This document shows, in pieces, positions 29,931-39,889 of a stretch of DNA of 64,000 nucleotides. A model generated the notes under the pieces. That model saw nothing but the letters and a program-made list of their open reading frames with translations. It made no database searches and was not told the DNA's origin. This DNA comes from an uncultured Alphaproteobacteria bacterium (GTDB taxonomy: Bacteria; Pseudomonadota; Alphaproteobacteria; Rhizobiales; Xanthobacteraceae), in assembly GCA_963748805.1 (NCBI GenBank), contig CAVVLH010000006.1:36186-100185 (forward strand), given 5' to 3'. A program made the translations under genes and the position numbers. Each line of letters starts with the position of its first letter. Within the stretch, counting starts at the first letter, position 1.

Positions 29931-31181
29931 ATGAACCGGGTCCGTCGCGATGGCTGCTCTGCTCTATTTAACGTCATCGCGTTTTTGATTTTCGGGTCCA
30001 TCGCCGGCTCATTTGCCGCCGCTACCGCCGCCGGGATTTCGGATGGCGTCGTCCGGATCGGCGTCATCAATGACCAGACAGGGACATTGTCCGACCTGGC
30101 CGGACAAGGTTCGGTCGTAGCGGCTAGGATGGCGGCGGAAGATTTTCAGAAATTGGAGCCGTCGATCAAGGTCGAGATCGTTGCCGCGGACCATCAGAAC
30201 AAGGCCGACATTGGCCTTGGCATCGTACGAAAGTGGTTCGACGTCGACGGCGTCGACATGGTCGCCGACGTCTCGAACTCGGCGGTCGGGCTCGCCGTCC
30301 AGTCACTAGCCCGAGACAAAAACAAGATCGTGATTTACGCGGCGGTTGCGACGACGGAGCTCACGGGAAAGCAATGCTCTCGAACCGGTTTGGCCTGGCT
30401 TCACGATTCCTATAATCTGGTCGCGGGTCCTATTCGCAAGCTGGTCTCACAAGGCTACGACACCTGGTTCTTTATCGCAGCCGACTACGCGTTCGGGAAG
30501 AACATGGTGTCGGAATCGCAACGCGTCCTCACGGCGGCCGGCGGCAAGTCCCTCGGCGCCGTGTTCCACCCGGTGGGCAACGCGGATTACAGCTCCTTCA
30601 TTTTGCAGGCGCAGGCATCCGGCGCCAAGGTCATTGCTTTCGCGAATGCCGGCGAGCAGCTCGTGACATTGATGAAACAGTGGAACGAGTTCGGCATGAA
30701 CACGGGCACGCAAAAACCGGTAGCGGAATTGATGTTCATCAGCGATGTCCACGCCATGGGCCCGAACATTGCCAGAGGCCTGACGACCCTCACGGCATGG
30801 TATTGGGCCTTGAACGAAGAAACGAGAGCTTTCGCGCAACGCTTCTTCAAGCTTCGCGGCACCATGCCCACAGCCCCGCAAGCCGCGGTTTATTCCGGCG
30901 TGAGTCATTATCTGAAAGCGGTCGCTGCGGTCGGGACGGATGCGACGGATCCGGTCCTGGAGAAGATGCGTTCAACGCCGGTTGACGACTTCTACGCCAG
31001 GGGCGCGAAAATACGCGAAGACGGAAAACTCGTGCACGATTTCTATCTGGTGCAGGTCAAGAACCCATCCGACGTGAAGGCCCCCTGGGAATACTATAAT
31101 GTTCTTGAAAAGGTTCCGAGCGACGACGTCTACGCCCCTTTGACCGAGAGTGAGTGCCCGTTGACCAAACAGGTCCGTTGA
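29931..31181 (+). CDS. Branched-chain amino acid-type ABC substrate-binding protein (orphan)
   Basis: ISDGVVRIGV.ND, ADHQNKAD, IAADYAFG, QAQASGA.VI motifs. Confidence 0.9.
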   Translation: MNRVRRDGCSALFNVIAFLIFGSIAGSFAAATAAGISDGVVRIGVINDQTGTLSDLAGQGSVVAARMAAEDFQKLEPSIKVEIVAADHQNKADIGLGIVRKWFDVDGVDMVADVSNSAVGLAVQSLARDKNKIVIYAAVATTELTGKQCSRTGLAWLHDSYNLVAGPIRKLVSQGYDTWFFIAADYAFGKNMVSESQRVLTAAGGKSLGAVFHPVGNADYSSFILQAQASGAKVIAFANAGEQLVTLMKQWNEFGMNTGTQKPVAELMFISDVHAMGPNIARGLTTLTAWYWALNEETRAFAQRFFKLRGTMPTAPQAAVYSGVSHYLKAVAAVGTDATDPVLEKMRSTPVDDFYARGAKIREDGKLVHDFYLVQVKNPSDVKAPWEYYNVLEKVPSDDVYAPLTESECPLTKQVR

Positions 31182-31232
31182 TCCGCTTGCCGCGGACACG
31201 AGTTCGCTATCTCAACGTGGCCGGCGAAGACC

Positions 31233-31676
31233 TCACGCCGGGCGGCGCGGCACGATCGCAATCGGATTGAACGTATAGACCGCCTCGCCGTTCTGGTTGA
31301 ACGCGGTCCATTTGACCCGTGCAATGCCTTGCGGCTTCGTTTTCGACGGAATCAGTTCGGTCACTTCGCCTTCGAGATGCAGCGTATCGCCAGGGCGCAC
31401 CGGCTTCATCCAGCGCAATTCGTCGACGCCGGCGCCAAACAGCGGATGCGGCCCGAATGGTTTGGCCGTGAGCGCCAACCGCATCGAAATCGCCGCCGTG
31501 TGCCAGCCGGAAGCGGCAAGCCCGTTCAATATAGTGTCCTTGGCCGCCTCGTCGTCGAGGTGAAACGGCTGCGGATCGAACTCATTGGCAAAGCGCAGGA
31601 TCTCTTCCTTCGAGACAGTCTTGCTGTCGCTTTTGAAGCGCATGCCGACCTTCAGGTCGTCGAACCATTCAACCAT
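31233..31676 (-). CDS. MaoC family dehydratase
   Basis: FDPQPFHLD..AA, ASGWHT, ELRW.KPVRPGD. Confidence 0.92.
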   Translation of the reverse strand: MVEWFDDLKVGMRFKSDSKTVSKEEILRFANEFDPQPFHLDDEAAKDTILNGLAASGWHTAAISMRLALTAKPFGPHPLFGAGVDELRWMKPVRPGDTLHLEGEVTELIPSKTKPQGIARVKWTAFNQNGEAVYTFNPIAIVPRRPA

Positions 31677-31820
31677 GATCTATCTCTCCAGCGACGCGCG
31701 CAGCATCTGCTCCACAACCGAAACTAAAAACGGATTTATTGTCGCAGCCGGAATATCTTTTCAGGCGCGGAGTTTTATCATGCAAGGGTTCGCATGCCCC
31801 GGGCAATTCTGGAGGGCCGC

Positions 31821-32087
31821 ATGACGAGATCGGCGATCCGGCTTTTGGCACTGACCATCTGCGCGACAACGCTGGCAGCCGCGCCGGCCGAGTCCGGCAC
31901 AAGCCACAGCAAACATATCAAAAAGCACGCCTTCCGGACTGTCCGTCCGGCGTGGCCGGGTGTCAGCCCGCCCGCTCAGTCCGGCGGGGTCTGCCCCGGC
32001 ATGGGCCGAAGCTTCGATTGCAAGATATGGCCGCCGCCATTCGATGAAGACCCCGACCGGAAAGTTTCGGGCTCCGACGGCGCCTGA
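31821..32087 (+). CDS. Small secreted hypothetical protein
   Basis: GGAGG RBS, signal peptide, C-X6-C followed by WPPPFDEDPDRK. Confidence 0.7.
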   Translation: MTRSAIRLLALTICATTLAAAPAESGTSHSKHIKKHAFRTVRPAWPGVSPPAQSGGVCPGMGRSFDCKIWPPPFDEDPDRKVSGSDGA

Positions 32088-32112
32088 GCGCACGATGCGT
32101 TGCCGGACTTCT

Positions 32113-32209
32113 CCTCATCCTGAGGAGCGGCGTTGTCGCCGCGTCTCGAAGGATGAGATTGAAAGCCTCATGGTTCGAGACGCGCTGAAAAGCGCTCCTC
32201 ACCATGAGG
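32113..32209. repeat. REP-like palindrome pair (CTCATCCTGAGGAG...CGTCTCGAAGG type)
   Basis: Inverted doublet ctcatcctgaggag..cgtctcgaa / ttcgagacg..ctcctcaccatgag between convergent genes. Confidence 0.75.
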
Positions 32210-32212
32210 ACT

Positions 32213-33868
32213 TCATCCGAGATTGAGCTCCTTGAAGAAGTCGTTGCCCTTGTCATCGATGATGATGAAGGCCGGGAAATCCACCACCTCAATGCGCCAG
32301 ATCGCTTCCATGCCGAGTTCGGGATATTCGACGACCTCGACCTTCTTGATGCAGTGTTCGGCGAGATTGGCCGCCGCACCTCCGATCGAGCCGAGATAGA
32401 AGCCGCCGTGCTTCTTGCAGGCCTCGCGCACCGCGACCGCGCGATTGCCCTTGGCGACCATCACCATCGAGCCGCCGGCGGCCTGGAACTGATCGACAAA
32501 GGAATCCATTCTTCCAGCCGTCGTCGGGCCAAACGCGCCGGACGCGTAGCCTTCCGGCGTCTTGGCAGGGCCGGCGTAATAGATCGGATGATTCTTGAAA
32601 TAATCCGGCAGCGGTTCGCCCTTCTCCAGCCGTTCGCGCAGTTTCGCATGCGCCGAATCCCGCGCCACGATCATGGTTCCGGTCAATGACAGCCGCGTCT
32701 TGATCGGATGCTTCGACAGCGTGGCGAGAATGTCCTTCATCGGCTGGTTGAGATCGATCTGGATCACCTCGCCGCCGAGCGCCTGCTCGACCTGTGGCAG
32801 ATATTGCGCCGGATTGTGCTCAAGCTCCTCAAGATACACGCCGTCCTTGGTGATCTTGCCGAGCACCTGGCGGTCGGCCGAGCACGACACGCCAAGGCCG
32901 ATCGGGAGCGAGGCGCCATGACGCGGCAGCCGGATGACGCGGACGTCGTGGCAGAAATACTTGCCGCCGAACTGCGCGCCGACGCCGAGGCTTTGCGTCA
33001 TCTTCAATATTTCCTGCTCCATCTCCAGATCGCGGAAGGCATTGCCGTCCGGCGAGCCGTGGGTCGGCAAGGCGTCGAGATAGCGCGCGGAAGCAAGCTT
33101 CACCGTCTTCATGCAGAGTTCGGCCGAGGTGCCGCCGATCACGATCGCCAGGTGATAGGGCGGACACGCCGCGGTGCCCAGTGTCAGCACCTTCTCCTTC
33201 AGGAACGCCAGCAGGCGGTCTTTGGTCAGCACTGAAGGCGTTGCCTGAAACAGGAAACTCTTGTTGGCGCTGCCGCCGCCCTTGGCCATGAACATGAACT
33301 TGTAGGCGTCATCGCCCTCGGCATAGATCTCGCACTGCGCCGGCATGTTGTTGGCGGTGTTCTTTTCCTCATACATCGACAGCGGCGCCACCTGCGAGTA
33401 GCGCAAGTTTCGACGCAGATATGCATCGCGCGCGCCTTCCGAGAGTGCGGCCTCGTCCTCGCCATCGGTGATGACGTTGCAGCCCTTCTTGCCCATGATG
33501 ATCGCGGTGCCGGTGTCCTGGCACATCGGCAGTACGCCGCCGGCGGCGATGTTGGCGTTCTTCAGGAAATCCAGCGCCACGAACTTGTCGTTGGAGCTTG
33601 CTTCCTTGTCGTCGAGAATCGAGCGCAGCTGCTTCAGGTGCCCGGGCCGCAGGTAATGGTTGATCTCGCCGAAGGCGGCTTCCGACAGCGCCCGCAGCGC
33701 CTCGCGCGACACCACCAGCATGTCCTTGCCGAGTACCTTTTCGACCCTGACGCCTTCAGTCGTGATCTTCTTGTAGGGCGTGGTGTCGGCCCCTAACGGA
33801 AACAGCGGGGTGTGCTTGTAGGGCGGGACGGGCTTTTGGCTATCGGGAAAGGCTGTGGGGGCGTTCAT
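32213..33868 (-). CDS. fumA: Class I (Fe-S) fumarate hydratase
   Basis: [44 protein letters not shown]. Confidence 0.95.
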   Translation of the reverse strand: MNAPTAFPDSQKPVPPYKHTPLFPLGADTTPYKKITTEGVRVEKVLGKDMLVVSREALRALSEAAFGEINHYLRPGHLKQLRSILDDKEASSNDKFVALDFLKNANIAAGGVLPMCQDTGTAIIMGKKGCNVITDGEDEAALSEGARDAYLRRNLRYSQVAPLSMYEEKNTANNMPAQCEIYAEGDDAYKFMFMAKGGGSANKSFLFQATPSVLTKDRLLAFLKEKVLTLGTAACPPYHLAIVIGGTSAELCMKTVKLASARYLDALPTHGSPDGNAFRDLEMEQEILKMTQSLGVGAQFGGKYFCHDVRVIRLPRHGASLPIGLGVSCSADRQVLGKITKDGVYLEELEHNPAQYLPQVEQALGGEVIQIDLNQPMKDILATLSKHPIKTRLSLTGTMIVARDSAHAKLRERLEKGEPLPDYFKNHPIYYAGPAKTPEGYASGAFGPTTAGRMDSFVDQFQAAGGSMVMVAKGNRAVAVREACKKHGGFYLGSIGGAAANLAEHCIKKVEVVEYPELGMEAIWRIEVVDFPAFIIIDDKGNDFFKELNLG

Positions 33869-34026
33869 GGGTGGGCTCGCGCTGGTTTCAGGCCGGCAGC
33901 AGCTCTAAACGCGCTCCGGCAATTCCACCGTTCTAAGCCCTTTTTCCCGAAAAGAAAGGGAAGTCCGCAGCGCGGCCGTCGCCGCTAAAACTTAGCCCTT
34001 CCGGTCCTGCGCCAGATCGGGATCAG

Positions 34027-34227
34027 CTACAATTCTCGCTGGCCAATACGCTTGCGCACCTCAGCCCGAGATACAAGCCTACGACTAGGGGCGGCCACGC
34101 GGCGGCGAACCTCAGCTACTTGTTCGTCAGTCAACAGCGTCAACTTGTCCGGCGACGCCAGAAAGTCCTCGCCGATCCTGACCCGGCCGATTTCGCCCTT
34201 GCTGTATTCAACTGTTGGCCTCTTCAT
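34027..34227 (-). CDS. Small hypothetical protein resembling the N-terminus of CopG-type antitoxins
   Basis: MKRPTVEYSKGEIGRVRIGEDFL.SPD.L resembles the start of CopG-type antitoxins (from recall); no partner toxin nearby. Confidence 0.4.
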   Translation of the reverse strand: MKRPTVEYSKGEIGRVRIGEDFLASPDKLTLLTDEQVAEVRRRVAAPSRRLVSRAEVRKRIGQREL

Positions 34228-34278
34228 AGATCGCAATTCCACTGTAGGTCGTTCACGCCCGAACCCTGTCAGTTTATC

Positions 34279-34366
34279 CGTCATGCCCGCGCTTGTCGCG
34301 GGCATCCACGTCTTTCTTTAGATCCAAACGAAAGACGTGGATGGCCGGGTCAAGCCCGGCCATGAC
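34279..34366. repeat. CGTC-tagged REP doublet
   Basis: cgtcatgcccgcgcttgtcgcgggcatccacgtc...gacgtggatggccgggtcaagcccggccatgac. Confidence 0.85.
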
Positions 34367-34452
34367 ATCGGAAACCGCCGACAAGCTCCTCCCCACCCTT
34401 GCACTCCCTGCCCGCTTGAGGCTTTGATGCCGGGAATTGAGGGGCTGCCACC

Positions 34453-34932
34453 ATGAAATTCCGACGACCGTTTCGCCGACCGATCCTGCTTGCCGCGCTA
34501 TTTGCCATATCATCCGCACTCGCCGTCTCGCCGGCACGCGCCGACCGCTGTAATGACATCGCCAACCAGCTCAAGGAACAGGTCGACAATCTGAAGGTCG
34601 GCATCACCGCGGCCAACATCATCTATCTGTCGCATCCGCTGGCCAAGGAAATGTCGCTTGGCTGCGCCAACCGCAAATATTCCAACGAGCTTTACGTCAA
34701 GGGCTATAGCCGCAAGCCGAAGCCGGAGTTCATTGCGTTCGTCGCCGGCGCCGCCGCGATCGTCTTCACGCTCCCCAAGGACGATTTACTCAAGGGCGTT
34801 TCGGGCTGCATGTCCCGGATGGGCATTTTCCGCGGGGACGACGTCTCGATCCGCTTCCGCCGCCTCGACATGAATTGCACGCGGACCAAGACCGACGCTG
34901 CGATCGCGATTTCGCGCGGACTGGACCAGTAG
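34453..34932 (+). CDS. Secreted hypothetical protein
   Basis: Signal peptide ending in ARA; four Cys. Confidence 0.75.
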   Translation: MKFRRPFRRPILLAALFAISSALAVSPARADRCNDIANQLKEQVDNLKVGITAANIIYLSHPLAKEMSLGCANRKYSNELYVKGYSRKPKPEFIAFVAGAAAIVFTLPKDDLLKGVSGCMSRMGIFRGDDVSIRFRRLDMNCTRTKTDAAIAISRGLDQ

Positions 34933-35076
34933 ACGGGCGTTTAGACCACTAGCGGCTCGTTCACCATGCGGACGCGAGTGCGCCCGATCGCTCGCATTTT
35001 AACAATTCGGTTCACAAGACCTTCGGCCCTGTCCGCTCAGAGTGCGCGCTGCTCCATGTAGCAGGATTTGAAATTC

Positions 35077-35271
35077 ATGAGCGTTTCAAGCATCAATTCG
35101 CCGTCCGCGCCGCTGCCCAACCACTATCTCGACAACAACACGCAGCCTGCTGCGATTGTTTCGCCAGTTGTGACTGACAACACCAATTCAACCGACGCCA
35201 GCCAGGCCCAGCCGCCGGCCCCTCCGCCGCTACCGCCCGGACAGGGAACCCGCGTCAACCAGCTCGTCTGA
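35077..35271 (+). CDS. Small Ser/Pro-rich hypothetical protein
   Basis: MSVSSI start with AGGA upstream; C-terminal PPGQGTRVNQLV. Confidence 0.55.
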   Translation: MSVSSINSPSAPLPNHYLDNNTQPAAIVSPVVTDNTNSTDASQAQPPAPPPLPPGQGTRVNQLV

Positions 35272-35341
35272 GCCTTCCCGCCGCTGGTTGTCGAAGGACA
35301 CCGCGATCACCAAGTGTCCTCCTTAAAAGGGAGGACGCTGG

Positions 35342-36016
35342 ATGGTCGCGAAATGGCTGTTGCAGAGTCTCGCCTGGACCGTCGCCTTCGCTGTGTTGCT
35401 GTTCGTGCCCGCTGGCAGGCTTGATTGGCCGGCGGCATGGGTTTTTGTCAGCGTGATGCTGTTGATCGGGCTCGGTTGCGGATCATGGCTCGCAAAAAAC
35501 AATCCGGAACTCCTGGCCGAGCGCATGCGCCCGCCGATCCAGCGTGATCAGCCGGCCGCCGACAAAAAGCTCGTCGCCGCTCTCGGTTTGACCTTCCTGG
35601 GCTGGTTCGTCGTGATGGGGCTCGACGAGCGCTTTCATCCCTCCCGCATGCCTGTCGCCCTGCAAGCAATCGGGCTTGCATTCCTGATCATCTCGACTGT
35701 CCTTATCATGCGGGTATTTCGCGAAAATTCATTCGCGGCTGCGGTGGTGAAGGTTCAGTCGGAACGCGGCCACCATGTCATCTCAACCGGACCTTATGCT
35801 TTTGTTCGGCACCCGATGTATGCGAGCGCGCTCGTCTTCTTCGTCGGGAGCGCGTTGTTATTGGGATCGTGGTGGGGCGTCGCGATGACGGCTATTTTCG
35901 CGATTCTCTTTGGCATCCGCACCCGGATCGAGGAGAATACCTTGACGGCCGGGCTACCCGGATATGCTGACTATGCGGCGCGGGTGCGCTATCGTCTGGT
36001 GCCCGGAATATGGTGA
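35342..36016 (+). CDS. Isoprenylcysteine carboxylmethyltransferase (ICMT/PEMT) family protein
   Basis: ENSF....V..Q.ERGH.VISTGPYAFVRHPMY, EE..L...L.GY..Y...VRYRL.P. Confidence 0.92.
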   Translation: MVAKWLLQSLAWTVAFAVLLFVPAGRLDWPAAWVFVSVMLLIGLGCGSWLAKNNPELLAERMRPPIQRDQPAADKKLVAALGLTFLGWFVVMGLDERFHPSRMPVALQAIGLAFLIISTVLIMRVFRENSFAAAVVKVQSERGHHVISTGPYAFVRHPMYASALVFFVGSALLLGSWWGVAMTAIFAILFGIRTRIEENTLTAGLPGYADYAARVRYRLVPGIW

Positions 36017-36021
36017 GACCG

Positions 36022-36384
36022 ATGCCCGACACCAAAACCCTGACCGGCGGCTGCCATTGTGGCCTGGTTCGGTTCGAATGCACCACCGATCTTGCGATGG
36101 TGACGGCGTGCAACTGCTCGATCTGCACCAAGCGCGGCCTGCACTTCGCTTTTCTGCCGCCTGCGAGTTTTCAGCTGCGCGCCGGTGAAGACAACCTGAA
36201 AGAATACCTCTTCAACAAACACGCGATCCATCATCAGTCCTGCAACGATTGCGGCGTCGAGGTATTTGCCCGCGGCAACAAGCCGGACGGAATGGCCGTG
36301 ATTGCGCTCAATGTCAGTTGCATCGACGGCATCGAGCTTGCGAGCCTCAAGATGACGCCGATGGACGGCCGGAAGCGGTTGTAG
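36022..36384 (+). CDS. GFA/CENP-V family protein
   Basis: GGCHCG.VRF, CNCSICTKRG, C..CG motifs. Confidence 0.92.
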   Translation: MPDTKTLTGGCHCGLVRFECTTDLAMVTACNCSICTKRGLHFAFLPPASFQLRAGEDNLKEYLFNKHAIHHQSCNDCGVEVFARGNKPDGMAVIALNVSCIDGIELASLKMTPMDGRKRL

Positions 36385-36405
36385 CCGCCGACGGGCACTG
36401 CAGGT

Positions 36406-36512
36406 GCTCCCTCTCCCTTTGGGAGAGGGCTGGGGTGAGGGGTTACGGTTTATCGTTGGACCGTATCCCCTCACCCGGCGCTTTGCGCCGACCTCTCCCC
36501 ATGGGAGAGGTG
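36406..36512. repeat. CCCTCTCCC/CCCCTCACCC-type palindromic repeat
   Basis: ctccctctccc-ttt-gggagagggctggggtgagggg...cccctcaccc...cctctccccatgggagagg between convergent genes. Confidence 0.8.
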
Positions 36513-36542
36513 AAGCAGAGCTTGCCGCACGCTCGGCGTTTC

Positions 36543-37247
36543 CTAGACATCCAGCTCTTTGTAGTAACGAAAAATGCCGTCCGTGTTGAAGGCAATCCGC
36601 CGCTCGCTGGCAAGATACGCCCTGATATTGGGGCGGCCGGCGATACGGTCATGCAGTTCGATTAGTTCTGGAATTTTCCGCTCGAAGGCCTTCATCCGCT
36701 TCGGGAAAGCGTAACGCAGCCCCTCGACCAGCTGGAACAGCGACAGGTCGACATAGGTGAGCTTGCGTCCGGTGATGTAGTGCCCGGAACTCGCCTCAAG
36801 CAGGCGCTCGAAATAGCCCAGATATTTCGGCACGCGCTCGTCCCAGAACGCCCCGGTGCGTTTTTTCGCTTCGCTCTTTTGATCCTCATAATAAAGCGAG
36901 GGGCCGAGCGGATGATGGGTGTCGTGCACTTCCAGGACGAAGTCCGTGACCGTCAATTGCAGCTGATGCACCCAGAGCCTTCCGGTTTCCGTTTTCGGCG
37001 CAAGCGAATGCCGCGCGCCGAGATAAAGCAGGATATTGGCGGTCTGCCCGATCACGACCTTGCCGGCTTTAAGAAACGGCGGCGCGAAAGGCGGCGTGCC
37101 ACTGCCCTTCTCCATCATCCGCATCATCGCAGCCACGCCGCGTTCGCGCGCCACATCGACATAGGCCGCGCCGGCCTCCTCGAGCGCCAGACGGACATAT
37201 TCGCCGCGGCCCTGGATCGACGGCCAATAGTAGAGTTCGTAGCGCAT
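36543..37247 (-). CDS. Glutathione S-transferase
   Basis: YYWP.IQGRGEYVRLALE, FAPPFL, QTANIL, TYVDLSLFQ. Confidence 0.92.
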   Translation of the reverse strand: MRYELYYWPSIQGRGEYVRLALEEAGAAYVDVARERGVAAMMRMMEKGSGTPPFAPPFLKAGKVVIGQTANILLYLGARHSLAPKTETGRLWVHQLQLTVTDFVLEVHDTHHPLGPSLYYEDQKSEAKKRTGAFWDERVPKYLGYFERLLEASSGHYITGRKLTYVDLSLFQLVEGLRYAFPKRMKAFERKIPELIELHDRIAGRPNIRAYLASERRIAFNTDGIFRYYKELDV

Positions 37248-37429
37248 CGAGAAGCCTTTCTGCTTAACGGGATATTAACGTGACCCAGATCCGGGAAGTG
37301 AGCCGCACCTGAAGGAATTGTCCGAAACAACACCCGCCTTCTGTCAGTGTTTCTTACAAAGTTTCAACGCTATTTCGCAAAGTGCCCCGAAACCGACATC
37401 CAGGCCCTTCGCCAGTTAACCGGACCGCC

Positions 37430-37596
37430 CTAGTGTGGCAACTCTGACGTTCCTTTCAGGGCCACCGTGAGTTCTTCGAAGGAACGTCAAAGTCAAAGCC
37501 ACACTAAAATCATATGGTTGCTAGTGTCCCTTTGGTTCTGACATTCGTAAAAGTTGCCGCCGCGATAGGATACGAATGTCAGAACCGGGACACTAG
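37430..37596. repeat. CTAG-bounded twin-hairpin composite element (hairpins 37430-37507 and 37521-37596)
   Basis: ctagtgtggc..ctgacgttcc/ggaacgtca..caaa-gccacacta, a 13-bp core, then ctagtgtccc-ttt-ggttctgacattcgt/acgaatgtcagaacc-gggacactag. Confidence 0.8.
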
Positions 37597-37618
37597 GGTG
37601 GTGGCAGGAAACCGTCGC

Positions 37619-39698
37619 ATGCTCTCCTCCACTGCCCAAAATTTCGCCTATCAGCAGACCCTCGTCGCATTTGCAGGTGCCGTGTGCCTGTTCGGCACCT
37701 GGATTGGTATGCGCCACTTCGCCCGCGCCCGCGCCACCGAAGGCGCGACCCGGCGCGGCTGGCTGTTCATGGCTTCCGTCGGCACCGGCGTGGCGCTGTG
37801 GGCCTCGACCTTCATCTCGATCTTGGCGCTCGATCCCTTGCTGACCAGCGGATTTGAACCGGTCGCCACCGGCGCGGTCCTCGTCATCGCGGTCGTCGCC
37901 TGTTTTGTCGGCTTTGAGATCGGCAGCCGGCACTTTACCCTCGCACCGGAAACCGGCGGCCTTGCGATGGGCGTCGGCATCGTTGCGATGCATCTGGTGG
38001 GTTTCAACGCCTGGCATATCAAGGGCAGTTTCGAGTGGAACGCCTATGGCCTGGCCACGACTCTTGTGCTCGGACTGGGCTTGAGCGCACTCGCCGTCAA
38101 CCGCGCCAACCGTCCGGTCACACGCTGGTGCCGCCATGGCGCCGCCATCGTGCTCGCTTTCATGATCTGCGTCATGCACTACGCGCTGACTGCTTCGGTC
38201 GCGGCTGTACCTGATGCCTCCGTGATTCTGCGGGCTGACCTCGTGCCCGCCGATACACTTGGCATCGCCGTGGTCGCAGCCGTTCTCCTGGTCATGGGCA
38301 ACGGCTTTTCGACCTATATCATCGACCTGCGCGCCCGCACCGAGTTCGGCCGACCGCATCCACCAATTGTCGTTCAACGACACCATGACCGGGCTGCCCA
38401 ACCGCATCGCCTTCAACGAGCGGCTCGCCTTTGACAGCGCCGAGGCTCACGAAAAGGCGCACAAGCTCGCGGCCTTCTCGATCGACCTCGACGGCTTCAA
38501 GGACATCAACGATCTCTATGGCCACGGCGCCGGCGACCTGCTCCTGATCGACGTGGCGACACGGATGTGCAAGCGGCTTGCGCCGGGTGAATTCCTGGCG
38601 CGCCAAAGCGGCGATGAATTCCTGGCCTTGACGACCTCACGCAATCACCCGGATGACGCCTATGCGTTTGCGGAGCGGATCTCGCAGGCCTTCGCCGAGC
38701 CCTTTACGGTTCAAGGCTACGCCGTCCGCCTCACCGCCTCGATCGGCTTTTCGGTGTTTCCGACCGATACGCCGGAGCGCGACCAGTTGCTCAGCAACGC
38801 CAAGCTCGCGATGCACCGGGGCAAGAGCGGGCAATCCGGCTCGATCTGCATGTACAGCCCCGAAATGGACGACAGCGCCCGCAAGCGCCGCGCGCTCGCC
38901 CGCGATCTCGAACATGCGGCGGAGCGCCACGAACTGCTGTTGAACTATCAGCTCCAGATGTCGCTCAATGACGGCAAGATCTGCGGCGCCGAAGCCTTGA
39001 TGCGATGGAAGCATCCGAAACTCGGCATGGTTTCGCCGGCGGAATTCATTCCGCTGGCCGAAGAAACCGAGGCGATCTTCGAAATGGGCGAATGGGCGCT
39101 GCGCGCCGCCTGCCGCGACGCTGCGGAGGGAAAAATTCCCGGAAACGTCGCGGTCAACCTCTCGCCGGTCCAGTTCGGCCGCGAGGATCTGGCCGAGATG
39201 ATCCACGGCATCCTGCTGGAAACCGGCCTGCCGCCGGCGCGTCTTGAGGTCGAGGTCACGGAATCGACCATCATGTCGGACCAGAGCCGCGGCCTGCACA
39301 TCCTGCGCAAGCTGAAAGCCATGGGCATCACGGTGGCGATGGATGATTTCGGCACCGGCTATTCGTCGCTGGCGACGCTGCACGCCTTCCCGTTCGACAA
39401 GATCAAGCTCGACCAGTCCTTCGTCAAACGGCTGCCGCACGATGCGGCCGCTGCCGCCATCGTCCGTACCGTGCTGGCGCTCGGCGAAAGCCTGCGCATG
39501 CCGGTTCTGGCCGAGGGTATCGAGACCGAGGCGCAATGGGATTTCCTGGCGCGCGCCGGCTGCGCCAAGGGCCAGGGCTATCTGTTTGCAAGACCGGCGG
39601 CGGTGTCGCAATTGTCCACTGTGATCAGCGCGGCGGCCCGATTTACCCGCGAGGCGCTGCCGGCGGCCGACGTCGAGCACGCCACCGTCGCGGCGTAG
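37619..39698 (+). pseudogene. MHYT-GGDEF-EAL c-di-GMP signalling protein, +1 frameshift near 38345 (real lesion or sequencing error)
   Basis: MHYT motifs (IVAMHLVG, VMHYAL) in one frame; DTMTGLPNR, SGDEF, EAL and DDFGTGYSS in the next; removing one T from GAGTTCGGCC gives RTESADRIHQL. Confidence 0.88.
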
Positions 39699-39761
39699 CC
39701 TCCTTACTCGGCAGGCGTGTACTCATACATCCGGTCAGCCCGCGAAGCACGCCTTGGCCGC

Positions 39762-39803
39762 TTGCGTCCAAGTATTTGCATCCAAGCATTTGCGTCCAAG
39801 TAT
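39762..39803. repeat. Tandem repeat (TTGCRTCCAAGYAT)x3
   Basis: Three adjacent 14-bp units; the middle unit has two mismatches. Confidence 0.85.
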
Positions 39804-39889
39804 GGACATGAGCTGGCAAGACAGCCATGTCGCCGCTGTGCCATAACAGTTCAGCTAAAATGGCTCACGGACCCAGGAGAATTAAAAAA

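Noticed and set aside
37514-37618. N-terminal extension of the MHYT protein
   Set aside because: It is the translated twin-hairpin repeat; ATG 37619 has a plausible RBS
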